Assembly: GCA_973895155.1 (NCBI GenBank)
Contig: OZ316896.1
Span: 12,752,549-12,816,548 of the forward strand
Length of the DNA stretch: 64,000 bases
Reading direction: 5' to 3'
Source of the DNA: Marsupella aquatica
Taxonomy: Eukaryota > Plantae > Marchantiophyta
Shown: positions 36,460 to 48,900 of the stretch, piece by piece
How positions within the stretch are numbered: the first letter of the stretch is position 1
How the letters are laid out: every line of letters begins with the position of its first letter
Program-made: the position numbers and the translations under genes
Notes under the pieces: model-generated
Database searches by the model: none
The model's input: only the letters and a program-made list of their open reading frames with translations
What the model was told of the DNA's origin: nothing

Positions 36460-37509
36460 TCAGACCTCCTTCACCTTAGTTTCGCCATTGCAGCAATAAA
36501 AATGGGGAAGCTTGATACGACCACAAACCCTGCAATCCCAGGTAACGCAGTCACCAGTGAGAAAACACACGTAAATTCGAAGGATGTAGAGAATCATGGC
36601 AATGGCAATGGACACGCTTATCCCTTTGACAACGTTTTCGTGAGGACTGCGAATGTAACTTTGTAGTCCGCAATGTAGGCTCCGGTTCATTGGTTCTTTT
36701 TATATTCTCTGCAACAAGTCAACCCTCGAAAATAAAATCTAGTCCATAGAGATCCCTCAAATGAGACCACGATCTCTCAACTTGGATCACTTGTGGTTAA
36801 ACAATTCTTTCTTGCAATGGTTAGGTTTTGAAAATGTAAGGAATTTTCCTACGTGATGCTAGTAGCATCTATAGACAACATTGAACTAGGACGTTGAATC
36901 AATGCCATGTACATTAATCAAACGCCAAATTGGACAGCAATGCTGGTTCTGTCATGCTAAGCAATGAGTTTTTACCCCATGCCTGTCAAGAAGGACAATT
37001 TCTCACGTGACCTAGGAAGCAGGGTAAAAGGAGAACCCTGGAAGAAAGCATGTAAAAACATACTTGCACTGAGCTACAACTGGCACTGGTTTCAGCGCCT
37101 TAGGTCCATTTCGTTTCCCTTTCCTCGATGGTGAAACCTGTGTATAGATGATCAACGCAAGTCTTTACAAAATAAGTCCGTTCACTCAGCAAGAGACTCT
37201 TGATACAGGAATTTAAGACCAAATGCGTTGATTTCTCAGCTCTCTAAGGAACCAGTTAGATTCTCATACCTTCCGTTTTGGAACAGCCATCAGCTGTATG
37301 AAAGGGATTCTGACCGCAGCTGCATTGTCTTCGGGAATGACTTGTCCAGGGTATTCAACCCGAGGGAACAGAATCGAATCGATTCGCTCCATCGAAGACT
37401 GACATTGTGGACTCCACGACAAAGAATGATGAGCTCTAAGAGCTTGGGAGAACAGCTTCGATCTCTGCGTCAACCTTGCTGCCAAGCAATGCCACGCGGC
37501 CATCGACAT
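36460..37509 (-). CDS. RPL32: Organellar (probably mitochondrial) ribosomal protein bL32; exons 37509-37270, 37137-37064, 36529-36460; 127 aa
   Basis: The spliced product has an Arg/Ser/Leu-rich presequence followed by LMAVPKRKVSPSRKGKRNGPKALKPVPVVAQCKVCGRIKLPHFYCC. Introns are GT-AG and in frame. Confidence 0.93.
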
Positions 37510-39494
37510 TCCCGAGCGAAGTGACGGTTCTCACTACTATAAGTGTCCTCCGTCCGCAGGGAGACTCGCACGGGACAGGGGAAGAAACCTGGCGGGATTC
37601 TTAATTTTTCTCAGTTGCTCGTTAGACCCGCAGAGACGTTCAAGTGAACTGCAGGAGCGATCATTGCAGAAATTTCAGTACGTCAAATACCAAATCACTT
37701 GATTCAAAGATCACTGAAGACTCGGAAATGTCGTGCACAGGCACAGAGTGTTTGAAAACCTATGATTTCTGGGCCGAGTTTCGACAAAATGCTTAAACCT
37801 AACAGACTACCAGCGAACAGAACCGAGACAGAGCGCGAGCAGATCGAGCTAAGTTTTTTTTGCGGGAGCTTGTGAAAATGCTTCGACCTGGTTGCGAACG
37901 ACTTGAACGAGACAGAATGTTAATTAATGGAGCTCAGATTGCTGCGCGAAGAAGCGGAGCTACGACAAAATATGCCTCGAACCTACGAATGTAGCTGCAA
38001 ACGAGGAATGAAACGAGCGATCCCGAAGGCTGAGTGAGAGACGAGCGAGCTCACAATGAGATTTAGCGCGGGTCTAAGCTCATCGACCTAAACGTTTGAA
38101 ATCTACGAGAGGAAGTACTCCCTCTATAAGTGCACATTCCATAAGTGCATGTGGATGGGTGCTCGGATGGGTGGTTTAGGGGGGAGGGGGGGCAGGGAGA
38201 GTGTTGATTATCTCCCCCGTCCCTCATTAGCTGCTTTGTGACCTTGGTTTAATCTCCTTCAAAGGTCCGCTATCCATTAGCTGGTTTCCCTAGGGTAATA
38301 TGTCCTCCTGACTACCCTAGAGTATTGCATACTCTGGAGATAATGTCTGGGATGTAGTTTTGGTACCAAGGTAAACCACAAAAACCATGATTACAATACA
38401 ATGTGTAAATGCTAAGGTAGTGCATCAACAATGTTGCACATAGTGCGCATTTTGTGCTTTGACTAAACTAGAATAGACTATGCAAAGTCAACAAAATTTG
38501 CCAATGTTAGGCTCATTGGAAAGTTATTTCTAGAATGTTTCTCTCCTTTAAGCACAAAAGGTTTCATAGAGAGTGAGAAATTTGAATTATTTTGCTGAGG
38601 ACATAGCTAAACTTTCAAGGAATTGTGAGATGACTCGGAAATATGTGAGCTCTTAATACTGATGAAAAGTAGCAATGTTAGGATGATTGAAAAGCCAAAA
38701 CTTTTCTATGAATTTTAAGCATGAGAAGGTTTTATCTAGAGGATGAGGGTGAAATTAAAAATCATTTTTTGATGATGACATTGCCAAACTTTCAAGGAAG
38801 AGTGCAGTGGGAAGTGAGTATATATGAGGAGTAGGGAGTAGGGACAAGAAATCCGCAAGTTGGTGAGAGCCATGAGAGTAGACTAGGGGCAATGGGCACT
38901 CCTCCCACAAACCTGTGGACTGGGAACTTGGGGTTCCCTTGACAGAGCCCTCTTTTTGGTGCTCCTCACTACCTGCCTGGTCAGTTCCTATCTATGTATG
39001 GACAGTTGCAGCTAGTACCACCTTCTTCTCCCTGCCAGTCCTCTGGTTGTTTTGCTCTGTGTGCTTATTCTGCGTCCTTGAGGGGGACCCCTGCTGTTCC
39101 AAACTTTTTTACTAACTTTTATGTGTCGAAAGGGTTTGCGGCCCAATTGCAACCAGGCGAGAGCTCAAGCTGGGAGCAGGGGACGATGCCTCCATGAGCC
39201 CAAGTCTCCCCTTCTCATCAGACGCATCCGTAGTGGACCCTGGGATTGGACTTACTCCTCATCCATGTGCACTCCTTGATGCATAGAACTTTGCTCTGAG
39301 ATGATAATCACAAGGGTCTCAAATTTGCGGTTTGCACAACTTGTAAAATTACTAAAGGATATGCCAGCAGGGACAGCTGTACAACCTCCATGATAGTGAC
39401 TCATTGTCAAGGCTGGAGAGATCCTCTCATGGAGATCCTCTCATGGAGGTTGTACAGCTCCATTGTCAAGGCTGGAGAGATGCTCCCATAGGAG

Positions 39495-39910
39495 GGCACT
39501 CATTAAGGAGTGCAAGTAAGGTTTACTGTAGATTTAAGTTGTGATTTAGTTCAGATGCCTAGTTAAACACTTATTGATGAGGAGTGCAAGTAAGGTTTAG
39601 CATAGATAGAGCCTAGAGAGGCATGGCTGTGGGGTAACTCACTTGAGTGAAGACTGATAGATCTTGGGTTCAACCACAACAGTTCCCTTCCACATGTTTC
39701 CCCTTATTTTATTTTTTTAAATTTGAAAAGGTTTAGCATAGTTATACTTTGTGATTTCAATTAGAGGTCGGGTTAGACACTCATTGATAAGGAGTGCAAC
39801 TAAAGTTAAGTGTAAATTTACTTTGTGATTTCATTTAGACACCGGATTAGGCATTCGTTTCTCAGGAGTGCAAATAGGGTTTAGTGTAGACTTACTTTGT
39901 GATTTCAGAA
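39495..39910. repeat. Degenerate ~80-bp tandem repeat interrupted by a SINE
   Basis: aggagtgcaa(g/c/a)ta..gttta..tgtgattt recurs at about 39506, 39580, 39790 and 39864. Confidence 0.7.
39606..39727 (+). mobile_element. tRNA-derived SINE, copy 2
   Basis: Homologous to 3818-. A-box-like TGGCTGTGGGG and B-box-like GGTTCAACC. Exact 14-bp direct repeat aaggtttagcatag at 39592-39605 and 39728-39741. Confidence 0.75.
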
Positions 39911-42900
39911 AATGTCAGAGTAAAAATTCAGGACATCATTGGAACATCAGAACATGGTCAAGGACAAATTCTTGGGACTTTTCAGGTAGCAAGACCTAGC
40001 AAAAACTGTGCCAAAGTATCATCGAGGACATTGATACAGATTTACAAATGATACTAATTCACTTTAAATTGTGCCAGCTGCATGTGGAGAAAGTAGCCCT
40101 GGAGAAGAACATTGTGCTTGCTCTACAGTAATTATAATTTGAGACAGGACTTATCATTCTGGGTCCTGCATGGTAAATAAACGTCTCAATTTTATTAAGG
40201 AGTCCAAAACAAAATGAATACTTGGTCTATGCCAAGCTCAAGCTTAAGTCAAATTGTGTACCCTAAATCTCACCCAGTCCTGCTTGATCGTTCTACTTGC
40301 CATTGTTTCTTGCTTGATGTATCAAAACTCAAATAGTGCCCATGACTCGACTTAATGTGCTGCCCCTGGCCATTGTGTTTGCGATGGATGGAAGAAAACA
40401 CTACTTTCTCAGTGTCAGGATATGTTAGTGTATTTGGAATAGAAGACCCGGGTGCCCTTTCCGTGCGGGGGACAATGGAAGTTGCATACCTTGAAGCCAC
40501 CATGGTCCCCAAAGTTGTGGGAGAACAAAATAGTCACTTTTGGGTCAGTTTATTTTATTTCATTAAGAACATTATTGAGATATGGTGACCTGGATCCACC
40601 AGTTTGAAAATGGACAGTTTCACTATTAATAATTAAAATGAAATGAGCACTCTGCAAAGAATTTTCTGCTGTCAGGGAAATTTTCATATCTGGAGTAGTT
40701 GATTGACTGTAAGCTTGCCAGGTAAAGTGGAAGGACAATTTATTTTAGATCATGGGTTTGTGAATGGTGAACATTCCACCACGTGAACAAGACGATAAAA
40801 GTAAATCATCGTTGACTTGTCAACAGTGTAAAAAACAAGCCTTTTTAAAATTCGGTTTTAGTTATATAATAGAGCGTATCTCGTTTAGAATATTCGATTT
40901 TTGATTATTTTGATGGACCCTTGCTTTCGGTATGCATGCAATATAATATTTTATCACAAGAGAGAGTAGTTAGACCTTCAAATTTTGTGGTTGTTTATTT
41001 CCTTAGCAGGGTACGCACGTGTACAGTATCAATTGTTACCAAGATAGAATTGTGGGTAAATTCACTTACACTACTAACGACCAATTTACTAAAAAAGGGC
41101 CAAGCAACGTACAAACGAGTAAAAGGTGCAGAGAGGACAATGCTAAAGGAGGAGCAGAACGTGGACCCGGCTAGGTTCCCCAACCCAGAAAAACGAAAAA
41201 AAACCAAAACAGAAAAGCTAACGAGTAAAGGTGTATAGTAATTATCGTGGTCTGAGAATAAAGAAAGCGTGTGTTAGTTGAGACTCTATTTTGTCAAGTT
41301 TCCTTTAATTCACCTGAACCTTATCATAGCAGTCTCCAGACATGAGACAAAAACAAGATCTGAATCTAGTCTAGTCTAGACAGGCTATAATACGAGAATT
41401 TGATGTGAGACATAATTATTCGCAAAGGGCTAAGATTGCTTTGACAGGCAAGATCTAGTAAAATATGCTATTCATTGGCAAGAACGTTGATGTTTATTGG
41501 ACGTTTGGGATTGATAAGACTGGCACCAAATAAAAATTTATTTCAACCAGCAAACGAGTGACAGGTCAAGAGAGGACAAACACAGGGAAAGGCAACGACG
41601 CAACGTAGTGATGTTTATGTATGGGCCACGTCGGCCTTATTTTCCGCATCGGGGAAAAACATCTAACAATTACTTTTGTGCAAGCTACTGTAGTTGCTCT
41701 GGGGCCCGAAAAACAGGTAACAAACAACCTACTGCCGATGTTTCCTAGTCCACACTAAAACTCAGTGGACTTCGGTTGTTATAACATGCTGAGGGTAATT
41801 TTGAGGGGTTTTGACTAATTGAACACAGAAACCTGGGCTACAGACCCTAGGGACCTTGTCATTGGAAATGCTTTGTGGGCACAATGAGAAATGAGAAAAT
41901 GTTTGCATTTGGTTAGTGAATACCTATTACTGAAGTCAATTATAGAAAACTTTCAAATATATGCTTGTTCTAACCTTTTGCACGATTACTATCCACCCAT
42001 TTCCCTCCAGTCTCCCTATTCTTGGTCGTAACATGTTAGACTAACAGTACAATGGATAGGTCAATAGCGAATCCCGGCATCATTTAGGATCATGTCACAC
42101 CTGTCAAGAAAATAAGTAATAACAACCCGAATAACAACCATCCACTCAGCCAAAAGGACAACCTTTGCAACAGCAACATGACTGCACATGCAACACAGCC
42201 TGAACAACAGCACTTCCACAATACGACATCAGTGATAACTGAATTGAAACAACAATGAAAATTGACTCCACAATCCCGGCCACAATGACAACATAGTTGC
42301 AATGCAGTGTATTGTACTGAAAGTTCACCTTGCCTCCATAACACTCCATTTCCTCAAAGACATACCCTTGTATCAATGACACAAAAGATGCTTTCAATAA
42401 CTTCCTTGTCTCAAGTGCTCTTTCTTTGTCTCACCTTGACATTTCTATGGGCATGAGGGTTGGGCTTATGATACCATAATGCGCAGGGATGATTGCTTCA
42501 ATTGGTAAGCACCTTCCAAACACAACAAGAACCCCCAACCAACTAAAAGGAGACTGGTTCAAATACAATGTTTTGCATGGGATTAGTATAAGACAAACCA
42601 CATTTAAGAGTGATCAAGTAATCTGGGCTGTGTCATTGGCTCAACACCTTTGACAATTCCAATGCAATAGAGATCCATTACACATAGAAATCCATTCGTC
42701 TTGAAGTCGTGTCTAGGTAAAGCCTTCTCACTAGGGCATTGTCCACAGTAGGGGCCCCAAACCAGATGGTTTTGATGAACATTTTTTCAGTCAGCTGTTT
42801 GCAGGTCCCTTTCCGTCCCCAACCCTGCCAAAACCCAGCTTTGGGAAAACTTAATCCAGGGGGTTTTGGGTTTGAGATGGGTCACATCAAGTGCTTAAAG

Positions 42901-45900
42901 GTCAACTAACCATCATCAATATTTTGAATGGGTGCGGAAAATTCTTAAGGGGCACTGATCCATGCCACAATTTTTGCAGAGTGGGTGGCAGAGCAATTTT
43001 TGTTGTTGGCGCCCACATTTTTGTTGTTGGCGCCCACGAAATCCCGAAAGCCCAACAAGCTTTGTATTGGACAAAATAAATAGTTGCTCTCATGAGTACA
43101 AAGTCAAAACTTTCTACCGCCTTGCTTTCAGCCTGACACTACTTGGGGTTTTAAATTGTATTTTTCTGAAACAGTGAGCATTCTCTTAGTCGCGAGTACC
43201 CTTGGACAGCCTGTTGAGGGCGTTCTCAGATTCCTTCCGCGAGATTGTGTCGTGGAAATAACTACTGCACAAACAGACAATTAGGGGAACAAGCAAAGAT
43301 CACTGGTGAATCGTCCATCACCCATTGGATGTCCGGAAAGGTAGGGTTAGTGACTATAATAAGTTGTCGTCCAAAATGAGAATTACAACTCGTCAATGAA
43401 GTGCAGCTAAAGAGAGTCTAGGAAGATAGTCTAGTTGGCTACAGTAGATTCTCTGAGAGGCTGAGTTCTTCAACTGATTTTGTCATGATGAATGCTATGC
43501 TAGTGTTTAGGCCTCTCAACATGCCCCGGTGAGTTCTCGTGACACCAACTTTGAGACCTCAGGTAAGTGCTCTTTCTGAGACTATGCTAGTATGCTGAGT
43601 TCCCTTTCACTCGTAAATCTGATCCATTCATAGGACAATTAGACATTGACAGCGAGAAAGACGGCACTTTCAAACTGTCATTTTGATGATTGTGACCATT
43701 TATTAACAAAAGTTTATTGCCGGAAGGTGTATTATTAAATATTTGATTTCATTCAATTGGGTGGGTCCACCGTGAACTGAGGGAGCACCTGGAATGTCTT
43801 TAAACATCACCTACTATGTAGTCATATACAGGATCCTAGGCCATTCCCCCCTTTTTTTAATGCCATTAATCCTTATAAGGAGTGTTCAACTTGGGGCCAA
43901 GAAGTCGTCTAGGATAGTGTGTATGTCAAGAGAGTGTAACCTTTTGTGAAGCAATCCATGTTCCACTTGCCTGCTTAGTTAGGACACTACTGTAGATGCG
44001 GATGATTAGCTCATCACACTGTTTTGCATGTGTCGACCCTGACCTCATCACCCTGTGACAGTGGTAGATCTTTCCCCCATTTTTTTTTTCTTTCTCGTTG
44101 TAGGGTTTTGGAGATTACCTTTGCAGAGTTCTTTCAAGTTTGGTGTTGCAGGCTTTGCCTCCTTTGCTTTTTCTTCATTGTCCTTTCTTTAGCCTTTTAT
44201 GTAAGGAGTCTTCTTGCTATCATTGCTTGTGGATACACTCTTTTATAGTTTGTTTGGGAGACCGTAGTATTAGCATACAAATTTGAAAATCGCTTCCTGA
44301 TAGTTTTGTTGCGGGTTTGAGTTAGCCAAGATGATCTGTAGTAACTTAGACGGAAGTATATATCTGAGAACTCTACTGTAGTGTAGCTTATGTCTTTGTG
44401 TACTTGTATCTTCTAGCCTGGCCAAAGACATGGCTCTTGAAATCTCCCTCTCCTCTCTAGTCTGTTCCTCCCGCAGCTCAGCCAAAGGCACGAGGCTGAT
44501 GAGTGCAGAGAGACTAGTGCAATGTGATGTGTCAAAGGCCCGTGGATGGTACTAGTGCGATGAGACCGGCCAATGAGGTAGAGAGAGCACTGCACACAAA
44601 TGCTGGTGTTCTATGAAATTCTCTGATGATGCAGAGCACTGCACACAATTCATGCCAAAGGCCTGATGTCCTAGCTTGTTGTTCATATTTTTTTCATGTG
44701 AGTTGAGTTGGTACGGTCACTGTTTAAAAACTTTGGGTAATCAAATTTAAATCTCTTAAAACGTGCCAGGACTATACAAAACAATGACATGTACCAAAGT
44801 ATTTGAAACCTGAGGTGGGTTATCTACACTCTTCAAGTCCCTCTGGTTGCACTCGTGACTTAGTTCTACCTGAAAAACATTTACGTGCACCTTTAAACTA
44901 TTTTCCACAATGGAAAGATGGTTGGTGCCCAGCTTTTCCACATGAATCCTTAGCCTTAGCATGCATGAATCAGGTGGCCCTATTCCCCTCTTATTGTTCG
45001 TAACCTTAGTTCACACTAGCACTAGATGGATGGTAATACTAGTAGGGGTTGAGGGTGGGGAGTTCATGTTGCTTGTCAATCACACAATCAATCTCAGAAG
45101 TTCCTAGATTTTAGGTGTATTGTTAGATCTTGTGCCCCGCTTATTGGACAAACGAAATTTGTGATTCAAAACATTTCACTGGTTTTTTTCAAACAAAACT
45201 TGACGTTTCTCCTTGTACTAGACGTCAGCCCAAATCTTGACCAGCAACTTGACACAACTGTGCCACGTAAAAAACACTCCCCTTCCAAGTCTCTTTCCCG
45301 CTCTTGGTCCGGTTGGAATCTCTATCTATCTTGACGGTCGGTGGCCAAATCGATCGTCCCTGCTTCAACTGCCAACCGTCAGTTTGGCAACGGGAGATTT
45401 GAGACACCTTCCTCGACGGCCGCGTCGGGCACCCGTCGCTTTGACTACGGGGAATTTAGGGGCGACCTCCCAACTGTAGCACAGGTCTACAGTAGTCGTA
45501 GAGGAAAGGAATAGTCTACGACTCTACGCCATCGAAGATACGGCCGGCCGGCCAACGCCGGCTACGCCTCAATCGCTGAAGCAAGCGCGCTGCGGGCCGG
45601 GCCCATTCAAGGGGGACCGCGATTGAGGGAACGAGGGCCAGGGGAAGTCAAGGCGACTGATGAAGTACTGTAGTGAGGGACTGTAGTAAGTAGTCAGTCC
45701 GTCGCGCGAAAGGCACGGGCGAAAGGGGGATGGTAGAAGAACACACCGCCGGTGCGCTACACTACAAGGGGAGGCTGGACTGTAGTAGAGGGTACGGTAC
45801 TGGACTGTACCGTAGTAGGAAGTGTCGTACTTCCCATCGGAGCCAGTCGGAGCCAGCCAGCCTGCGAGCCAGCCAGCGGCTAAGCAGAAAGCGGCACGCT

Positions 45901-48900
45901 TGCCGTCGGATGATCTACCACAGGACTGGACTTCGACGACGAACGCTGATCCGAACATCCGAAGCCTGATGAAAGGGAATATTGCAAAACGGTCCTGACC
46001 TAAGATTGCGGTCTCGTCGTCGCCACCATATTGTACTGTACACACTGTTCACCTTAATTCGTCTTATCTTCTAACTAATGTCTGGCCTTGATTAATATTA
46101 TCTTTAATTAATGTTGATACAGTCAACCGTGTTTAAGTGCATTATGTGTTTAAGTGCAACTATGTCATCCCTTAACATTACAACAATTTCTTCCGTAAAT
46201 ACACTAAATTGCAATTTGCATGAGTACAAATCCAATAGAATTGTGGAATACAAGGGTCGGGGTATGAGGAGTCCCATGTGTGTGTGACTCAACAACACAA
46301 TGGGGAGCACAAGCAATTTCTCATGCACTTATTAGGTAACAAGATTGAGCACATATGAAATTACATACATGATATCCCATGCACTTATAACATAACACAT
46401 TCCATTGAAAAGTGCTGGCTGATGGTGTCTCTCAGGACCTGCACTTAGACACTTATGTCCTGTAGTAGTTTTAATCTGACAGTGGGGCCAACTTAAGCAT
46501 AAAACAATTGGAGAGTTGGGCTAGCTTGAGCACATAATAACATTAAATATAATATTTGTTTAGTGCTAGCATGACTTTGGTTACAATTCTATGATGAATA
46601 ATAGTTTTTGTTTGTCAAGTTCTAATGACATCAGTGCCTATGCTCTTTCTATCTTTGAAGTGTGTCTCCATGTTTGACTTATTTTGCTTCTATGTCAGAT
46701 TAGGCTCCATATAAGATGCACAAAGATGTTTGTATTACCCCAAAGTTATTTAATGCTTGCACTATTAATGTCAGTTGTAATGAAAATAAAATTTTGAGAT
46801 ACTCAGATAATGCTACAATTATGAACGTGGGCGGGTGGACCTTCTCTTGGGCTGGAGTTTGGGCACTTGGAGATGTGGTCAATGACCCTTTAGGCAGAGC
46901 CCCTGTTTGCTGCCCATGTACCAGGCCTTGCTGCTGCCAGGGCGACCTGGCTCAACCAGGATGTCTATGCCGTGCATTATGTGGAGACCTGTTCTACATG
47001 CTTGCTTTGGAGGTTAGCAACTCTACACCCTCTCTAGTACCATTTCCTTTGGACATGATTTTTTTGTGTAGACCAGAGGCCTGACCCCAACAGTTTCTTT
47101 GTCATTGTCTTCTTTAGAAAGTGAGTGCATGTTGGACTAGAGATATATATTTCAATATATAACAACATTGAGAGGGCTCAGACATTAATATTCTTGAATT
47201 TAGAGACTCTACAGTCATATTACTCTTTGTGACCCTCGGATGTAATTTATTGTGGAACTTTAACATACTTTTTCTATGTAGTAGGGTTCTAGGTTGTTGT
47301 CTAGCCTTTATTGAATCTCCTCCTTTTGGAATCGTGTCTCCCGGATGGGAGCCTTTTGTTTGTTTTGCTATGTGATATATATAATAATGAAATGATGAGG
47401 TAGAGACATCATTCTCATACTTGGTTGCGTCCTTCAAACATCATTCTATTACCGGGTTGCTCTCGATTTACGGTACAGTACGTGATTTGGCTGGAAGCCT
47501 GATCGGGAGCCTGGCTAGCCACGCAGGACCGGCCAAGTGGCCATGTGAGCCGAAGCCGAGGAATGCAAAGGTAGAGAGGCCGCGACGGAGGCCGGAAGCC
47601 CGGAAGGGCAGGGGAGGGCCCAACCAGGAGGAGAAGGAAGCAACGCATTCGACTATTCGAGGGTGGGGCCGAAAGGTACGGTCAGGTGGGGCAGGAGCTT
47701 GCGTGCTGCAAGACGTGAGCTCGAAAACCGGTATGACGGGTGGGGTCGAGGAGTAATAGCTTCACAATAATAATAAATCAACGCACCACTCGCGCACCTG
47801 TACGAAAAGGGCACTTCATAATCCTCCTCCCCAGGGGATTTTAGAGTTTTTACTGAAGCAACTCCGAGGAGCCCGAGCGAATTTATCGGCGTTGTTGAGA
47901 GCCAGCCAGCCAGCGGGGTTCCCGTCCCATTCCCATTCCCGTCCCGTTACCGTCCCGTCCCGTCGCTTGCCCCTCTCTTGGTATCATTCGCGGGAGGGAA
48001 AGAAGAACACGGTCGACCGTTCGTTTCGTCTGCCGTTGGTTACAAGAAGAGAGCAGCCTGTGAACGTTAAACCGTTAAGAATCGTCTGAAATAATTCACG
48101 AATCTGAGAGTGGATTAATCCGGAACGGAGAGTTTCAGACTGCTCGCTGTGCCCCGATTTGATTTAACCGAGTTTCTTGGTTGCGTTCGACCAGTTAGTG
48201 GCACGCACGAGTGATCGGTCCGCTGGTGTTGTTTACAAAGAGGTTGTGGTGTCTGTGTTGTGTGGTGTGGTGTGGTGTGGTGTGGGGTGCTGTGCTCGGG
48301 GACGCCTTCGAGAGAGCCGGACTACACTACACGCCTATTGTGTACCGTGAGGGAGGGAGGGAGGTAGGGAGGGAGGGAGGGAACTAGGGAAGGAGTTCAA
48401 GGAGGGAAGGGAAGGTTGGGGAGGAGAGAGGGAGGGGGTGGGAGGGGAGGGGAGGGGAGGGCCGTAAAAAGGAAAGGAGGAGGTGCTAAAATGTGAAAAT
48501 TGAGGATCGAGGTGAGGGAGAGAGGGGAAAGAAGTGCCAGCGAGGAGGAAAGGGCCAAGATGAGCCAGGTCAGAAGGTGGTTTGAGTTTGTCGAGACGCA
48601 GGAGCCGTGCATATAGATTGGTAGAAGTCAACGTGACCTACGCAAGAGAATTAATGGCAGAATTGCACGTTTTGTCGATATTTTTGTTTGCTGGATGAGT
48701 GACGACGGATGCAAACATAGTTCTGTCCAATTACACCGCCAGTACAGCCTGCCACAGTAATTTGCTACCGCTGGTTCTGCCCGTCACTACTGTATGCCTC
48801 ATAAGATGGTGCCGAACCAGACAAGTATGCTCCTCTGTTCCCCGCTAAAAATCCCTGAAGCATGAATTGGCGGGGGAGGAGGAGGAGGGCATGATCAAAT

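Noticed and set aside
36448-36666. Small secreted-peptide-like ORF on the + strand
   Set aside because: It is antisense to bL32 exon 3 and intron 2 and has no clear signal peptide.
44575-44600. miR156/529-like gagagagcac
   Set aside because: Partial match only, with no proper miRNA/miRNA* duplex.
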